Positions 9,906 to 19,050 of a DNA stretch of 64,000 nt are shown piece by piece. Each line of letters begins with the position of its first letter. The stretch's first letter is position 1. The stretch spans positions 1-64,000 of the IMG/VR virus record IMGVR_UViG_2767802041_000001, one strand, 5' to 3'. The notes beneath the pieces were generated by a model that was not told the origin of the DNA, made no database searches, and saw only the letters and a program-made list of their open reading frames with translations. Position numbers and translations under genes: made by a program. Source of the stretch: a virus (taxonomy: Duplodnaviria > Caudoviricetes).

Positions 9906-10538
9906 TTACGCAGGGTTGGTGCGGGTGTTCCTGCGGACGGCGAATCCGCCGAGGATGACGAGGGCTCCGATGCCGAGGACGGCGGCGTCGTTGACGCCTC
10001 CTCCGGTGCTGCCGGAGGAGGTGTTGGAGGAGCCTGCGGCTTGCATGTCCGGGGCCTGCGGGGCGGCCGGGTACTGGGTCTGGCAGTCCTCGACGATCTG
10101 CCCGTACGTCGGGGATCCGTAGCCCTTCCCGACCTGGTTCTTGAGGCCCTTCACGCAGGTGTCGACGGCGGTCTGGCGGGCCGTGGCCTGCTCGGTGGCC
10201 TTGCCCTCGGCGGCCGTCTTGGCCTGGTTGAGGACCTTGAGCCTCTCGACCTCCAGGGCGTCGGCCTTGAGGGCGAGTTCCTGGGCCTTGAGGTCGGCCT
10301 CGGCGGTGCTGGCGGAGTACGACTGGTAGCCGAGGAGGGTTCCGCCGGCGAGGACCGCGGCCCCGATACCGAGGGCGGCCTTCCCGCGGGTGGTGAGCCC
10401 GGTCTTCGCGGTGCTGGCGGGCCCGTTGGGGGTGCCGTACGGGGTGGGGTCGGCCCAGGTGGGGGGTGTTGTGGGGGGCTGCATCCCGCCGTTGATGATG
10501 CGCTCGAATTCGTTGTTGTCGGGGGCGTGCACGGTCAT
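9906..10538 (-). CDS. Membrane-anchored protein (spread/transfer region)
   Basis: TM segment, coiled coil, two Cys, C-terminal TM followed by basic tail. Confidence 0.7.
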   Translation of the reverse strand: MTVHAPDNNEFERIINGGMQPPTTPPTWADPTPYGTPNGPASTAKTGLTTRGKAALGIGAAVLAGGTLLGYQSYSASTAEADLKAQELALKADALEVERLKVLNQAKTAAEGKATEQATARQTAVDTCVKGLKNQVGKGYGSPTYGQIVEDCQTQYPAAPQAPDMQAAGSSNTSSGSTGGGVNDAAVLGIGALVILGGFAVRRNTRTNPA

Positions 10539-11047
10539 TCTCCGTTCGCTCGTGCGGTGTACGCGGCTCGGGTGAGGAGGGTGCGGATGTTGGAAAACTG
10601 CTGGTGGGGGAGGTCGTTCCAGGCGTGGAACGGCATGGTGACGCCGTGCCGGTCAAGGACGGTCTGCATGTGGTCGACGGCCCGGGCGCGGGCTGCGGGG
10701 GTGACGTGCCCGGTCTTCTCGAGGAGGTTCTGGGCGCCGCGGATGCACATGCGGCCGGTCGGCGAGTAGTCGAGGGACCTGCACCAGCCGTACCGGTCGA
10801 GGACGGCGATGGTTTGGGTGAGGTGCCCGGACGGGGGCAACGGCTGTGGGTTGTGCCACATGCCGAGGTCGACAAGGAGGTGACGGATGGGGGTGGGGAG
10901 GATCCGTTGTCCCCAGGTCGGCCAGTCCGGGGCGGCCGGCGGGGCCGGGACTGCGGTGAGCGGCCCGGCCGGGTTCAAGGGGTGGCGACGCGGAGGGGCG
11001 GCCGGGCTCACACCCGTGCGCGCCTGCGTCTCAGCGTGGCGGCTCAC
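10535..11047 (-). CDS. DUF6197-like protein
   Basis: GWC...G.MCI.GA and ..WND motifs; 4-bp overlaps with both neighbours. Confidence 0.6.
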   Translation of the reverse strand: MSRHAETQARTGVSPAAPPRRHPLNPAGPLTAVPAPPAAPDWPTWGQRILPTPIRHLLVDLGMWHNPQPLPPSGHLTQTIAVLDRYGWCRSLDYSPTGRMCIRGAQNLLEKTGHVTPAARARAVDHMQTVLDRHGVTMPFHAWNDLPHQQFSNIRTLLTRAAYTARANGE

Positions 11048-11625
11048 AGGTACATCCCCGTCCCTTCGCTGATCCGGTCGCGGGCGTCCTTGAGCCGCCG
11101 TCCGGCGGTGGCGGGGCTTACACCGAGGAGTTGAGCCGCGGTGGACTTGGTGAGCCGGTCGCCCTGGGTGAGCCGGTGAGCCAGGGCGGCGATCTGCTTC
11201 TCCTTCTCGTCTGAGCCGCCATCCGTCTCACCGGGCTCACCGGTATCGGTCTGAGCCGTCTCAGCGGTGATGGGGGTGGGCTTGGTGATGATGGGCTCAG
11301 CCGGGATCAAGACGGGCTCACGTGAGAAGTGCTGGTCAGCGGGCTGGGTGATGGTGGCCGGGTCGGTGAGGGTGCGGGGGGTCGGCTCGGGGTGGGGGTC
11401 GGTGGCCGGGCTCAGGCTCACGGTGCTGCCGACGAGCTCGCGGGGCGGCTCAGTGGTCGGCTCGCCGGGCTCAAGGGGGCGGCTCACGGGGCGGTTGGGG
11501 GTGAGCCGGGTGGTGCCGGTGAGCATGGAGATGAGAGCCGCGTCGGCTCCTTCGGTGAGCCGTTCGCGCTGGACGCCGATGAGCCCTGAGCCGAGTTGGG
11601 CGTCGCCGTCTCCGATGCGGCTCAT
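11005..11625. repeat. Cluster of about 22 TGAGCC/GGCTCA hexamers
   Basis: Hand count of exact copies in both orientations within ~620 bp, plus GTCTCA variants. Confidence 0.8.
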
Positions 11626-12225
11626 GAGCTTCCATGCGGCGAGAGCCGACTTGTCGCGGACCTTCTCGTCGGGGTGGCGTTCGGCTCGGGCGGTGAGGAC
11701 GGCGACCTTGCGCATGATGTCGGCGTTGCGGCGTTGGGCTTCGACGTCGATGCCGCTGGTGTGTACGACGATGCGGCGGGCGAGGAAGCTGATGCCTTCT
11801 GCGGAGGCGGTCATGGCGAGGGGGGTGAGGCCGTAGACGACGGCTTCTTTGAGGTCGGAGGCGATGACGATGCCCATGGTGGAGGCGGCGGCGGGGAGGG
11901 CCCAGAGGGCGGCTCGGATGATGGCGGGGGCGGCTTGGCCGAGCATGGTGACGCCGATCATGACGATGGCGGCGACGAGGGTGGCGCCTTCGCCGGCGGC
12001 GACGACGCCGAGGGCGGTTTCGGAGCGGTGGAGTTCGGCGGTGGCGTTGGCGTAGGTGCCGATGGCGCCGCCGATACCGACGGCGATCATCGGGATGGTG
12101 GCGAGGGCGAGGACCCACCCCTGGCCGCGGGTGAGTTTGTGGGTGCGGGTGGGCTGGTCCCCGGCGTTGGGCAGGGTCCGGCCGTGGGGGCTGGTGGGCG
12201 GCTGCGGGGCCGGGGTGGTGGTCAC
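11044..12225 (-). CDS. SpdB-like membrane protein with C-terminal HTH
   Basis: GTG start after GAGAGGA; about four TM helices, P/T-rich linker, C-terminal HTH (KSTAAQLLGVSPATAGRRL). Confidence 0.7.
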   Translation of the reverse strand: MTTTPAPQPPTSPHGRTLPNAGDQPTRTHKLTRGQGWVLALATIPMIAVGIGGAIGTYANATAELHRSETALGVVAAGEGATLVAAIVMIGVTMLGQAAPAIIRAALWALPAAASTMGIVIASDLKEAVVYGLTPLAMTASAEGISFLARRIVVHTSGIDVEAQRRNADIMRKVAVLTARAERHPDEKVRDKSALAAWKLMSRIGDGDAQLGSGLIGVQRERLTEGADAALISMLTGTTRLTPNRPVSRPLEPGEPTTEPPRELVGSTVSLSPATDPHPEPTPRTLTDPATITQPADQHFSREPVLIPAEPIITKPTPITAETAQTDTGEPGETDGGSDEKEKQIAALAHRLTQGDRLTKSTAAQLLGVSPATAGRRLKDARDRISEGTGMYL

Positions 12226-12275
12226 GGTGGTTCGGTGTCCTCTCGGGCTTGGTGTGGGGGGGGTGGGCGGACGGG

Positions 12276-12557
12276 TTAGGCGGGCTTGGGGATGGCGCGG
12301 CAGGTCTCGGCGTGCTTCTGCGCCCAGGTGCAGGCGGCGTTGTCGGCCCCGACGCTGCCGTTGTCCCAGCGGCCGGCGTACGCGGACCATCCGCTGTCGG
12401 TGTAGGCGGGGCAGCCGCCGCAGTAGGCGGCGGTCACGTTCGGTGCGGTGTCGCTGGAGTAGCGGGGCTCGTGGGTGACGTTGACGGTGGCTCCGCCGAC
12501 GGTGAGGTAGCGGGCGACGGTGTTCTCGGGCCAGGCGGTCTGGGGCTGCGTGGTCAT
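12276..12557 (-). CDS. Hypothetical protein (Cys/His motifs)
   Basis: ORF with RBS in the leftward operon; CGGC and HAETC. Confidence 0.65.
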   Translation of the reverse strand: MTTQPQTAWPENTVARYLTVGGATVNVTHEPRYSSDTAPNVTAAYCGGCPAYTDSGWSAYAGRWDNGSVGADNAACTWAQKHAETCRAIPKPA

Positions 12558-12587
12558 GGGGCGTCCCTTCGGGTTGGTGGGTGCGGG

Positions 12588-12800
12588 TCAGGCGGCGGGG
12601 GCAAGGAGCTGGCGGAGCCGGTTCGCGGAGGCCTTGGTGTCGGGGGTGAGGTGCTGGAGGTTGGTGCCCTTGCCGGTGTTGGTGGTGCCGCCGATGTGGT
12701 GGTGGGCGTCGCAGGCGGCGAGGTTCTGCTGGGCTTCGATCTCGGCGGTGGTCCAGGTGGTGGGGTCGCCGTGGGTCTGGCGGAACTCGGTGCCGGTCAT
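12588..12800 (-). CDS. Hypothetical protein
   Basis: ATG after GAAAGG RBS (MTGTEFRQTHGDP...). Confidence 0.55.
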   Translation of the reverse strand: MTGTEFRQTHGDPTTWTTAEIEAQQNLAACDAHHHIGGTTNTGKGTNLQHLTPDTKASANRLRQLLAPAA

Positions 12801-12906
12801 GAGGGGTGCCTTTCTCGTCGTTGAGTGGCGGGTGCAGGGCCGGGGTGGTCCGGGCTGCTCTGCCGTCACCAACCGGTGGGGGTTGGTGGCGACAGGGCGG
12901 GCCGGG

Positions 12907-13098
12907 TCAGGCCGCGGCGGTGATGGCGGCGGCGAGTTCGGTGATCGCGGCGGCCTTGGCGAGGTTGGTGAAGATTTCGGCCCGCCGGAAGTCGGTGTCG
13001 GTCGGCGACGGGCCGCTAATCGCGTTCCGGGCGAGGATCTGCTCGGCTCGGGCACGCAGCTCGGCGGACGTGGACGGGGCGGTGATCTGGGTGGTCAT
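12907..13098 (-). CDS. Hypothetical protein
   Basis: ATG after GAAAGGA RBS (MTTQITAPS...). Confidence 0.6.
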   Translation of the reverse strand: MTTQITAPSTSAELRARAEQILARNAISGPSPTDTDFRRAEIFTNLAKAAAITELAAAITAAA

Positions 13099-13108
13099 GG
13101 TGGTCCTT

Positions 13109-13513
13109 TCAGGTGCCGGTGATGGCGGCAGAGGCTTCGCTGGCGGGCTGGTGGAGGTCGGGGTCGGCCAGGTGGTAGGCGGCCTGCTCGCCGTGGCGGC
13201 GGGCCGTCTTCTGCACGGTGAACGGGAGGGCGCGGAGGGCGGGGTTGTGGTCGGCGTCCGCCAACCTGGCGACGAGGTGGCCGATGGCGGTGATGACGTC
13301 GGCGCCGGCGGATCCGGCGAGGGCCGCGAGGAGGGTCTGGGTGGTGTCCGCCGTGTGCCGGTCGAGGGCGAGGTGGCGGATGCCGTCGCGGATGAGGTCG
13401 ATGCCGGGGTGGATGCCGTCCAGGTCGTCGAGGGCCCCGGCAAGGTCGGGGTCGAGGGGCGGGACGGCGTTCCCGGCGGTGTGGACGGGGCCGTACGGGT
13501 CGCGCGCGCCCAT
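13109..13513 (-). CDS. Hypothetical protein
   Basis: ATG overlaps the upstream stop; typical codon usage. Confidence 0.65.
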   Translation of the reverse strand: MGARDPYGPVHTAGNAVPPLDPDLAGALDDLDGIHPGIDLIRDGIRHLALDRHTADTTQTLLAALAGSAGADVITAIGHLVARLADADHNPALRALPFTVQKTARRHGEQAAYHLADPDLHQPASEASAAITGT

Positions 13514-13920
13514 CAGAGTTCGCCGTCCCACTCGCCGGTGACCATCTGCTCGTAGGCGGCGGCCGCGACCTCGGGGTCGTCGCAGGCGAACACGTCGGGG
13601 AGGTACGACTGCGGGTCGACGGCGGCGAAGTAGTCCTCCAGGTCGGCGATGAGAAGCGGGTCGACCTCGGGGGCGGGGGTACGCCCGGCCTGGTAGTCGG
13701 CGGGCATGGTCAGCGCGTACTCGGCGACGGCGCTGATCGCGAGGGTGGTCTCCTCGGTGGACCGGGCGGAGAGGAGCGCTTCGCCGATGAGCTGGCCGTC
13801 GGCGGTGCGGACCTGGATGCGGGTCGCGGGGGTCTGGCCCGGGTTGCCGAGGGTGTCGGCACCGTTGAGCCGGTACAGCTCGTCGAGGAAGTCCTGGGCG
13901 CGGGCGTGGTCGTCACTCAT
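13513..13920 (-). CDS. Hypothetical acidic protein
   Basis: Coupled start/stop overlaps with both neighbours. Confidence 0.65.
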   Translation of the reverse strand: MSDDHARAQDFLDELYRLNGADTLGNPGQTPATRIQVRTADGQLIGEALLSARSTEETTLAISAVAEYALTMPADYQAGRTPAPEVDPLLIADLEDYFAAVDPQSYLPDVFACDDPEVAAAAYEQMVTGEWDGEL

Positions 13921-14174
13921 GCGGCCACCGCCAGGGTGCGCGGCGTGCTGGTGGGGGCGGGGCGGCCCTGGACGCGGCGGAGGGCCTCGTCCATGTCGTT
14001 GCTGGTGGTGGCTGCGGTCTGTCCGGTGATGCGGCTACGCTGATCCACGCGGATCTCCTCCTGTATGCGCAGGTGGGACGGTTCGCCGAGTCCTTCGGGG
14101 CTCCTGGGAGGCCTGGGCGTATGCGCGCCTGGGCCTTCCGGCGTTTTGGAGCTTCCGCCGGTCTCGACATCCAT
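13917..14174 (-). CDS. Hypothetical protein, first gene of the transfer/spread operon
   Basis: Divergent from the GntR gene; 4-bp overlap with the next ORF. Confidence 0.5.
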   Translation of the reverse strand: MDVETGGSSKTPEGPGAHTPRPPRSPEGLGEPSHLRIQEEIRVDQRSRITGQTAATTSNDMDEALRRVQGRPAPTSTPRTLAVAA

Positions 14175-14189
14175 AACGTAGCCGAAGTG

Positions 14190-14275
14190 ACACCTCTAGC
14201 GCTAGTGGTAGCGCAAGATGTGTCGGTGGATTAGTCTTTGGAGTGACACCGCTGCTCACAACGGAGTGAGCAGTA
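14190..14275. promoter_or_regulatory. Divergent promoter/operator region
   Basis: Palindrome CTAGCGCTAG with a TAGCGC repeat, and hairpin CTGCTCAC-6-GTGAGCAG, between divergent genes. Confidence 0.5.
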
Positions 14276-14300
14276 ACGCGACACAGAAGGGAGGCAGGCC

Positions 14301-15047
14301 ATGGCGAAGACGCCTGGATCCGCGGAGATCGCCGCGCACTACCGGCGGCAGATTCAAGACGGGACACTCAGGCCCGGCGACGAGATGCCGAGCTACCGGG
14401 AAGCCACCGAGCAGTTCGGCGTAGCCCATACGACCGTCAACCGCGCTTTCCGGGCCCTCAAGATGGAGGGCCTGGTGCTCACCAGGCCGGGCAGTAAGAC
14501 CATCGTCGCTACGCCGGCCAGCACCAGCATCGGTAGCCGCGTGTCCATGCATGCCGCTACAGGTAGCGCCCTAGAGGTAGGCGAGTCCTCGCGCATCCTT
14601 GAGGTCGGAACTGTCGGTGCGAACGCCCTCGTGGCCCCTCGACTGGAGGTGGACCCGGGTACGCCTGTGCAGGTGCGCCGCCGGGTCGTGAGCAGGGGCG
14701 GCACTCCTGTTCACCTGAGCACCAGTTACTACCCCGCGTATGTGATCGCGGTGACTCCCGAGCTGAAGGAACCGGTCTCGACCGGCGCCTCGCGGGAGCT
14801 GGCCGCTTCACGGCTCGGCGTTGCTCAGGACCAGGTTCTGGAAGAGGTCACCAGCCGGCTTGCAACGGAGCCGGAGAAGCAGGCGCTGGGGTTGACTGCC
14901 GACGCGGTGGTCGTCACCCAGGTCGTACGCACGGTGACGCTGGAGGACGGCCGTGTCGTCGAGGTGGCTGTGAAGGTTGCAGAGGGGTCGACGATCCTTC
15001 GCTGGACCACGCAGCTACGCCCGCAGGAAGGGGCTGATAACGCCTGA
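14301..15047 (+). CDS. GntR/HutC-family regulator (KorA/TraR-like)
   Basis: GntR wHTH (LRPGDEMPSYREATEQFGVAHTTVNRAFRALKMEGLV) plus UTRA-like domain; divergent from the tra/spd operon. Confidence 0.9.
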   Translation: MAKTPGSAEIAAHYRRQIQDGTLRPGDEMPSYREATEQFGVAHTTVNRAFRALKMEGLVLTRPGSKTIVATPASTSIGSRVSMHAATGSALEVGESSRILEVGTVGANALVAPRLEVDPGTPVQVRRRVVSRGGTPVHLSTSYYPAYVIAVTPELKEPVSTGASRELAASRLGVAQDQVLEEVTSRLATEPEKQALGLTADAVVVTQVVRTVTLEDGRVVEVAVKVAEGSTILRWTTQLRPQEGADNA

Positions 15048-15236
15048 TCTTGTTCGCCCCGGCATCCAGCCGGACGCGCGGACGGCCGACCGGACATCAC
15101 CCCGGCCGACCGCCCCTTACAGCCACCGACCTGCGAAGAAGGGTGGCTGCGTGAACCCCCAGCTAGGGAGATTCGTCATGAGCGTATCGCCTTCACTTGG
15201 CAATCCGCCAAGTGGTCCCGCCATGCGGAGACGCCG

Positions 15237-15533
15237 ATGAGCGCCCGCAAGAAGCAAGATCAGGAAGAAACTCGGCTGCCACCCGCCGTCACCTTCACCT
15301 CCGGGGCCCAGCTCCTCGTGAAGCTCAAGATCGTCGACAGCATCACCCGCGAAGGCGTCCGCCACATCGCCACGTCGAAGCTCTACGCCGACGTGTGGCC
15401 CTTCGGCATCGACAGGCCCTACCCCTACGGGGAGGCAGGCAATGCACAGCTCATGGAGACCGGGCCGTTCCTGGACTTCTTCCGGCACACATACAAGCGG
15501 CCAGGCGCGGGCGAGGAACCGACCCAGCCCTGA
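15237..15533 (+). CDS. Small putative DNA-binding protein
   Basis: ORF with GGAG RBS; sequence is repeated as the C-terminal domain of the next gene. Confidence 0.7.
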   Translation: MSARKKQDQEETRLPPAVTFTSGAQLLVKLKIVDSITREGVRHIATSKLYADVWPFGIDRPYPYGEAGNAQLMETGPFLDFFRHTYKRPGAGEEPTQP

Positions 15534-15541
15534 ACGCGCAA

Positions 15542-15573
15542 ACGGCCGGCGGGGGCAGCACCCCACCGGCCGT
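15542..15573 (+). terminator. Hairpin after the 15237..15533 gene
   Basis: ACGGCCGGCGGGG...CCCCACCGGCCGT imperfect inverted repeat. Confidence 0.55.
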
Positions 15574-15638
15574 CAAGCACAACAGCGGGTTTGCACCCCG
15601 CTGCTCACAGACCTACCTCGTGAAAGCAAGGTCCACCC

Positions 15639-16718
15639 ATGACTGTACCCGGGCCGCTGGTGAGACTCACCAGCGACAGCAGTGATCCGGCTTCGATGGT
15701 TGCGGCTCGAATGGCAATCTCTGGAGATCGGCGGGGCCAAACCGCCTTGTACCGCTTCTACGACGCAGACGACCAGCTGCTCTACGCAGGAATCTCCGGA
15801 AGGCTGCATGTTCGGTGGCGAGAGCACGCGCGTGACTATGCCACGAAGTGGTGGCCAGAGGTGCGGTCCAACTCCGTCGAATGGTTCCTTACGCGCCCGG
15901 AAGCGCTGCGAGCAGAACGAGAGGCGATTCGCGCAGAGGAACCGCTCCACAACATCATGCACACCCCTCGAAGTCGGGTCCCCCGAGGCCAGCGGGAGTG
16001 TAGGGAGGTCCTCTCCTCCCAGCGAGGCGATTCGTTGATGGCGGTCCTCCGGGAGAAGTTCGCCGCCGGCCCATTTACGGTCGCAGACGTGGTCGCAGTC
16101 TCAGACGCCTCGCCGTCCGGGGTGTACAAGAACGTCTCCGCTCTTGCTGCGCGTGGAGAGCTGGTAGTCGTCGGAGCCCGGCGGGTAGCAACCAAGACTG
16201 CGCATTACCGCATGCAGAGCACTCTGTACATGCTTCCCATCTACCAGTGGATCGATGGCAGCACCGGACATCTCGCGCCTGCCCCTCCGGCAACCAAGCC
16301 CAGAGTTCGCAGGAGGATCCTTCCTAGGAATTTGATCGCACGCCAAGCAGCTAGACGCTCTACACCCGAACCGGTCTGCCTTGACCCACTGCTGCCGGTT
16401 GACCTCCCAGCGATCGTTACCTTCGCTAGCGGGGCAGAGCTCCTTGCAGAACTCGGCATCGTTACGAGCATCACTCGCGAGGGCGTGCGCAGGATCTCTA
16501 AGAGTGCGAAGGATTGGCCCTTCGGGCCCGGCAAGGCGCATCCGTACGGCGTGGCAGGCAGGGCCCAAACGATGGACACCAAGGCATTTTTGGCGTGGTT
16601 CAGGAAGAACCCTCCGAGAGGGCGCGGCCCCGCGAAGAAGAAGACCGAGCTGGCAGCGGAAGTCACGCCAACAAGTCCACGCTCTGTGATCCTCCGTACG
16701 GCGGGGGTGACGTTGTGA
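15639..16718 (+). CDS. GIY-YIG-like domain / HTH / duplicated DNA-binding domain protein
   Basis: TALYRFYD...LLYAGIS...RW.EH...AE.EAI..E.P.HN is a GIY-YIG-like pattern; start uncertain. Confidence 0.7.
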   Translation: MTVPGPLVRLTSDSSDPASMVAARMAISGDRRGQTALYRFYDADDQLLYAGISGRLHVRWREHARDYATKWWPEVRSNSVEWFLTRPEALRAEREAIRAEEPLHNIMHTPRSRVPRGQRECREVLSSQRGDSLMAVLREKFAAGPFTVADVVAVSDASPSGVYKNVSALAARGELVVVGARRVATKTAHYRMQSTLYMLPIYQWIDGSTGHLAPAPPATKPRVRRRILPRNLIARQAARRSTPEPVCLDPLLPVDLPAIVTFASGAELLAELGIVTSITREGVRRISKSAKDWPFGPGKAHPYGVAGRAQTMDTKAFLAWFRKNPPRGRGPAKKKTELAAEVTPTSPRSVILRTAGVTL

Positions 16719-17770
16719 GCGTCGAGCACATGGCGATGGTGTTCGCTGCTGAGGGCCTGGAGGGAAGCGAGAAGCTGCTCCTTCTGGCCTACACGAATTA
16801 CACCGACCCTCATGGGTACTGCTGGCCCGGCGAGGAACGTCTCGCAGAGGACACCGGAACGTCCCTCAGCACGGTGCGCCGAACGAAGAAGAAGCTGATT
16901 GGAAAGAACCTGGTGCGGTCGGTTCGCCGGCCGGAGACGAGCAATCTCGCTCGCGTGAACCTCCCGCTCCTGGCCTCGATGGCCCGGACCCGGCGGGCGT
17001 ACGACGACAACGAGGTCGAGCGCCTCTCGTTCGGCAGTGCCCCTGTGCCGGAGAAGCCGGATACCGCCCCTGACCAGCCGACAGTTCAATCTGACCTGTC
17101 GGCCGAGCAAGGCTCTGACCTGCGAACAGTTCAATCTGACCTGGACCACAGGTCAGATTGCTCTGACGGTGAGGTCAATCTGACCTGTGGCAGGGGTCAA
17201 TCTGACCTGCAATCCGTCAGTGACCCATCAGGTGAAGCCATTAGCCGTCCTTCCTTGTCCGCGGGCGCGTTCGACAACGGTTCGGGAGGGACGGACGGCA
17301 TCGAGGAGGTGGATCGGACTCCGGGTGTTGAGCTGCTGCTCGCAGTCGGGGCGGAGAAGCCGCCGTTCCTGCTGACCGGGAAGACGCTGCGGGACCAGGG
17401 GCTGACGGTGACGGGGATGTTGCTGGAAGGCTGGACGGAGCAGCAGCTGCGCCAGGTGGTTGCTGGCCGACCGTTGCCGGATGAGGTGAAGACGACGGTG
17501 GGGGCGATCGTGGCCAGGAGGCTGCGTGACGCGATCGCCGGGAGTCCGCCCTCCTCAGCCCCCAAGTTGCCGTCGCAGGCCGCTGAGAGCCGCGCGGAGG
17601 GGTCCGCTACGCCGTCTCCGCCGCAGTGGGTGGACCAGAGCGTCGTGGACGCTCAGAGGGTCAGCCAGGAGTGCGTTGGTGACGACGGCTTCTGCGGTCG
17701 GCCAGTCCGTCCGGGGTCGCCGTACTGCTGGCCGTGCTCGGCCATCTACGGCGTCCACGCAAGTTTCTGA
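16715..17770 (+). CDS. Phage-type replication initiator (N-terminal wHTH, lambda O-like organisation)
   Basis: KLLLLAY.NY.D..G.CWPGEERLAEDTGTSLSTVRR HTH; internal iterons; GTGA overlap with the upstream stop. Confidence 0.75.
   Translation: MSVEHMAMVFAAEGLEGSEKLLLLAYTNYTDPHGYCWPGEERLAEDTGTSLSTVRRTKKKLIGKNLVRSVRRPETSNLARVNLPLLASMARTRRAYDDNEVERLSFGSAPVPEKPDTAPDQPTVQSDLSAEQGSDLRTVQSDLDHRSDCSDGEVNLTCGRGQSDLQSVSDPSGEAISRPSLSAGAFDNGSGGTDGIEEVDRTPGVELLLAVGAEKPPFLLTGKTLRDQGLTVTGMLLEGWTEQQLRQVVAGRPLPDEVKTTVGAIVARRLRDAIAGSPPSSAPKLPSQAAESRAEGSATPSPPQWVDQSVVDAQRVSQECVGDDGFCGRPVRPGSPYCWPCSAIYGVHASF
17081..17209. repeat. Iteron cluster / putative replication origin
   Basis: TCAATCTGACCTG at 17086, 17131, 17175 and 17197; partial copy at ~17114; inverted copy CAGGTCAGATTG at 17149. 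Confidence 0.8.
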
Positions 17771-17857
17771 CCTTGATCAACCTGTGGGCGCGCGAGCCGG
17801 GCATGCCGCGCGCCCATCACAATCAAGCAAAGCCGGGCAATCAACCTTGGGGGAGCC

Positions 17858-18868
17858 ATGCCTGTAACCAAGCGTCTGCGGTACGAGGTAATGCGTCGCG
17901 ACAACTACACCTGCCGGTACTGCGGCGCCACAGCGCCTGGCGTCAAGCTGACGATCGATCACGTCATCCCGCAGGCGCTGAGCGGCCCGGACGAGCCTTC
18001 CAACCTCGTCGCGGCCTGCGAGGACTGCAACAGCGGCAAGACCTCTACACCTGCCGACTCACCGATCGTCACGGACGTCACGGCAGATGCAATGCGATGG
18101 TCAGTCGCTATGCAGAAGGCAGCCGAAGCGTCTCGAGCAGACTTTGAAGTAGCGGCTGGCTATCGCGAGGTGTTCCTCAACGCGTGGACCACGTGGGGCA
18201 GGACCCTCGGAAGCGTCCAGCGGCCCATTCCTCTGGATCCGGCATGGCAGAGCACCTTGGACACCCTGCGCACCGCCGGGCTTCCGGACTGGGAGCTGGA
18301 GGAAGCCGTCCGTTCTGCCATGAGCCAGAAGCGGGTTACGCCGGAGAACACCTTCCGGTACTTCTGCGGCATCTGCTGGAAGAAGGTCCGCTCCCTTCAA
18401 GATCGAGCCGCCGAGATCCTGACCGCTACGGACTCGGCCACGGAGCATGAGGAGGATGAGGAGCAGGACCGGATCGCCGCGCGATGCCAGCGAGGGGTGA
18501 TCTCCTCCCAGCAAGCTGACCCGATCAGTTACCTCTGGGAAGCAAACACCGCCTTCTTCGACGCCTACATGTCGATCTTCTACCTGGACCAGGAGTACCG
18601 CTCCATGGAGGATCTAGACCTCCTTGAGTTCGGAGACGACATGGCTCAGCTGATCCAGATGGTAGGGCTCACCCTCGGAGAGTGGACAGGCAGTGAGGAC
18701 CTTGAGAAGCGGTTCCGTCAGGGCAGGGATTGGTCCGGGGCGGCAGCTCTGGTAACGCAAGCATTCGAGCTAATGCGATCAGAGCAGTGGCCGCACCAGG
18801 AGTCGGGCGGGTTGACCTTGCATGAGATCCGAGATGCCCTTGCGGATCCAGGCGAGACGGCTTCCTGA
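17858..18868 (+). CDS. HNH endonuclease-domain protein
   Basis: RD.YTCRYCG...DHVIP...G....NLV.AC..CN.GK. Confidence 0.85.
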   Translation: MPVTKRLRYEVMRRDNYTCRYCGATAPGVKLTIDHVIPQALSGPDEPSNLVAACEDCNSGKTSTPADSPIVTDVTADAMRWSVAMQKAAEASRADFEVAAGYREVFLNAWTTWGRTLGSVQRPIPLDPAWQSTLDTLRTAGLPDWELEEAVRSAMSQKRVTPENTFRYFCGICWKKVRSLQDRAAEILTATDSATEHEEDEEQDRIAARCQRGVISSQQADPISYLWEANTAFFDAYMSIFYLDQEYRSMEDLDLLEFGDDMAQLIQMVGLTLGEWTGSEDLEKRFRQGRDWSGAAALVTQAFELMRSEQWPHQESGGLTLHEIRDALADPGETAS

Positions 18869-19050
18869 ACAGCGCCGTTGGCGGGGCTCCCCTGGTGGGA
18901 GGTTGAAGCCGCCCGGTACGAGCAGACCCTCGCCAGCCGCGAACAGCACGACACACACCCGAGCCCCGCACCGTTCTGACCGACCCACCGCCGGGCCGGC
19001 CCACACCGGCCGGCCCGGCACCCGAACACCGCACCACCCAGGAGGGGACC

